A DNA stretch of 64,000 nt from Colwellia sp. (GTDB taxonomy: Bacteria > Pseudomonadota > Gammaproteobacteria > Enterobacterales > Alteromonadaceae): contig JAWSUX010000015.1 of the NCBI GenBank assembly GCA_033852215.1, positions 9,586 through 73,585 on the forward strand, read 5' to 3'. Shown piece by piece: positions 63,942 to 64,000 of this stretch (its first letter is position 1; every line of letters begins with the position of its first letter). Under the pieces are notes generated by a model, which saw only the letters and a program-made list of their open reading frames with translations, made no database searches and was not told where the DNA came from. The position numbers were made by a program, and so were the translations under genes.

Positions 63942-64000
63942 ATTTAACGCCGCTTATTTGCGGCAATTTTTTTGCTTTTAGCGGCGTAGCCGCGTTGAAA
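63942..64000 (-). repeat. Partial attC site, cut by the window edge
   Basis: Minus strand ...GCGGCTACGCCGC...GCAAATAAGCGGC-GTTAAAT, then an ATG. Confidence 0.75.

Larger units (their letters stand above)
61399..64000 (-). mobile_element. Integron gene-cassette array (distal, eroding end); no intI in the window
   Basis: Four short co-oriented ORFs, three of them bounded by complementary core boxes; one complete and one partial attC. Confidence 0.8.

Noticed and set aside
1-64000. CRISPR arrays, tRNA/rRNA genes, IS transposases, dif site
   Set aside because: None recognised by eye; tRNAscan-SE, Rfam and ISEScan were not run.

Overview
A ~43% GC bacterial chromosomal window, by gene content probably a marine gammaproteobacterium (inference). 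Left part: a partial sensor kinase, an AmmeMemoRadiSam locus whose radical-SAM gene has an internal TAA, a divergent CDP-alcohol transferase/cytidylyltransferase pair, a Liv-type ABC transporter, three tandem paralogous substrate-binding proteins, and a GSU2403-like nucleotidyltransferase behind twin TCCACC-N24-GGTGGA sites. Middle: a Wsp-like chemosensory operon facing two output proteins with the same REC-REC front end, a RelE/ParE-type TA pair, and a tyrosine recombinase with a 34-bp loxP-shaped palindrome upstream. Right part: hydrolases, c-di-GMP enzymes, an orphan CheA/HDOD/CheX group, jetABC without jetD, and an eroding integron cassette array running off the edge. The most striking unexplained structure is three same-orientation relics of the recombinase gene's own 3' end (hand-aligned ~90%, ~79% and ~64% identity, decreasing with distance). 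They bracket the TA module and the chemosensory block, which suggests serial cargo accretion at the recombinase gene's tail. All family calls come from motif recognition, not database searches.
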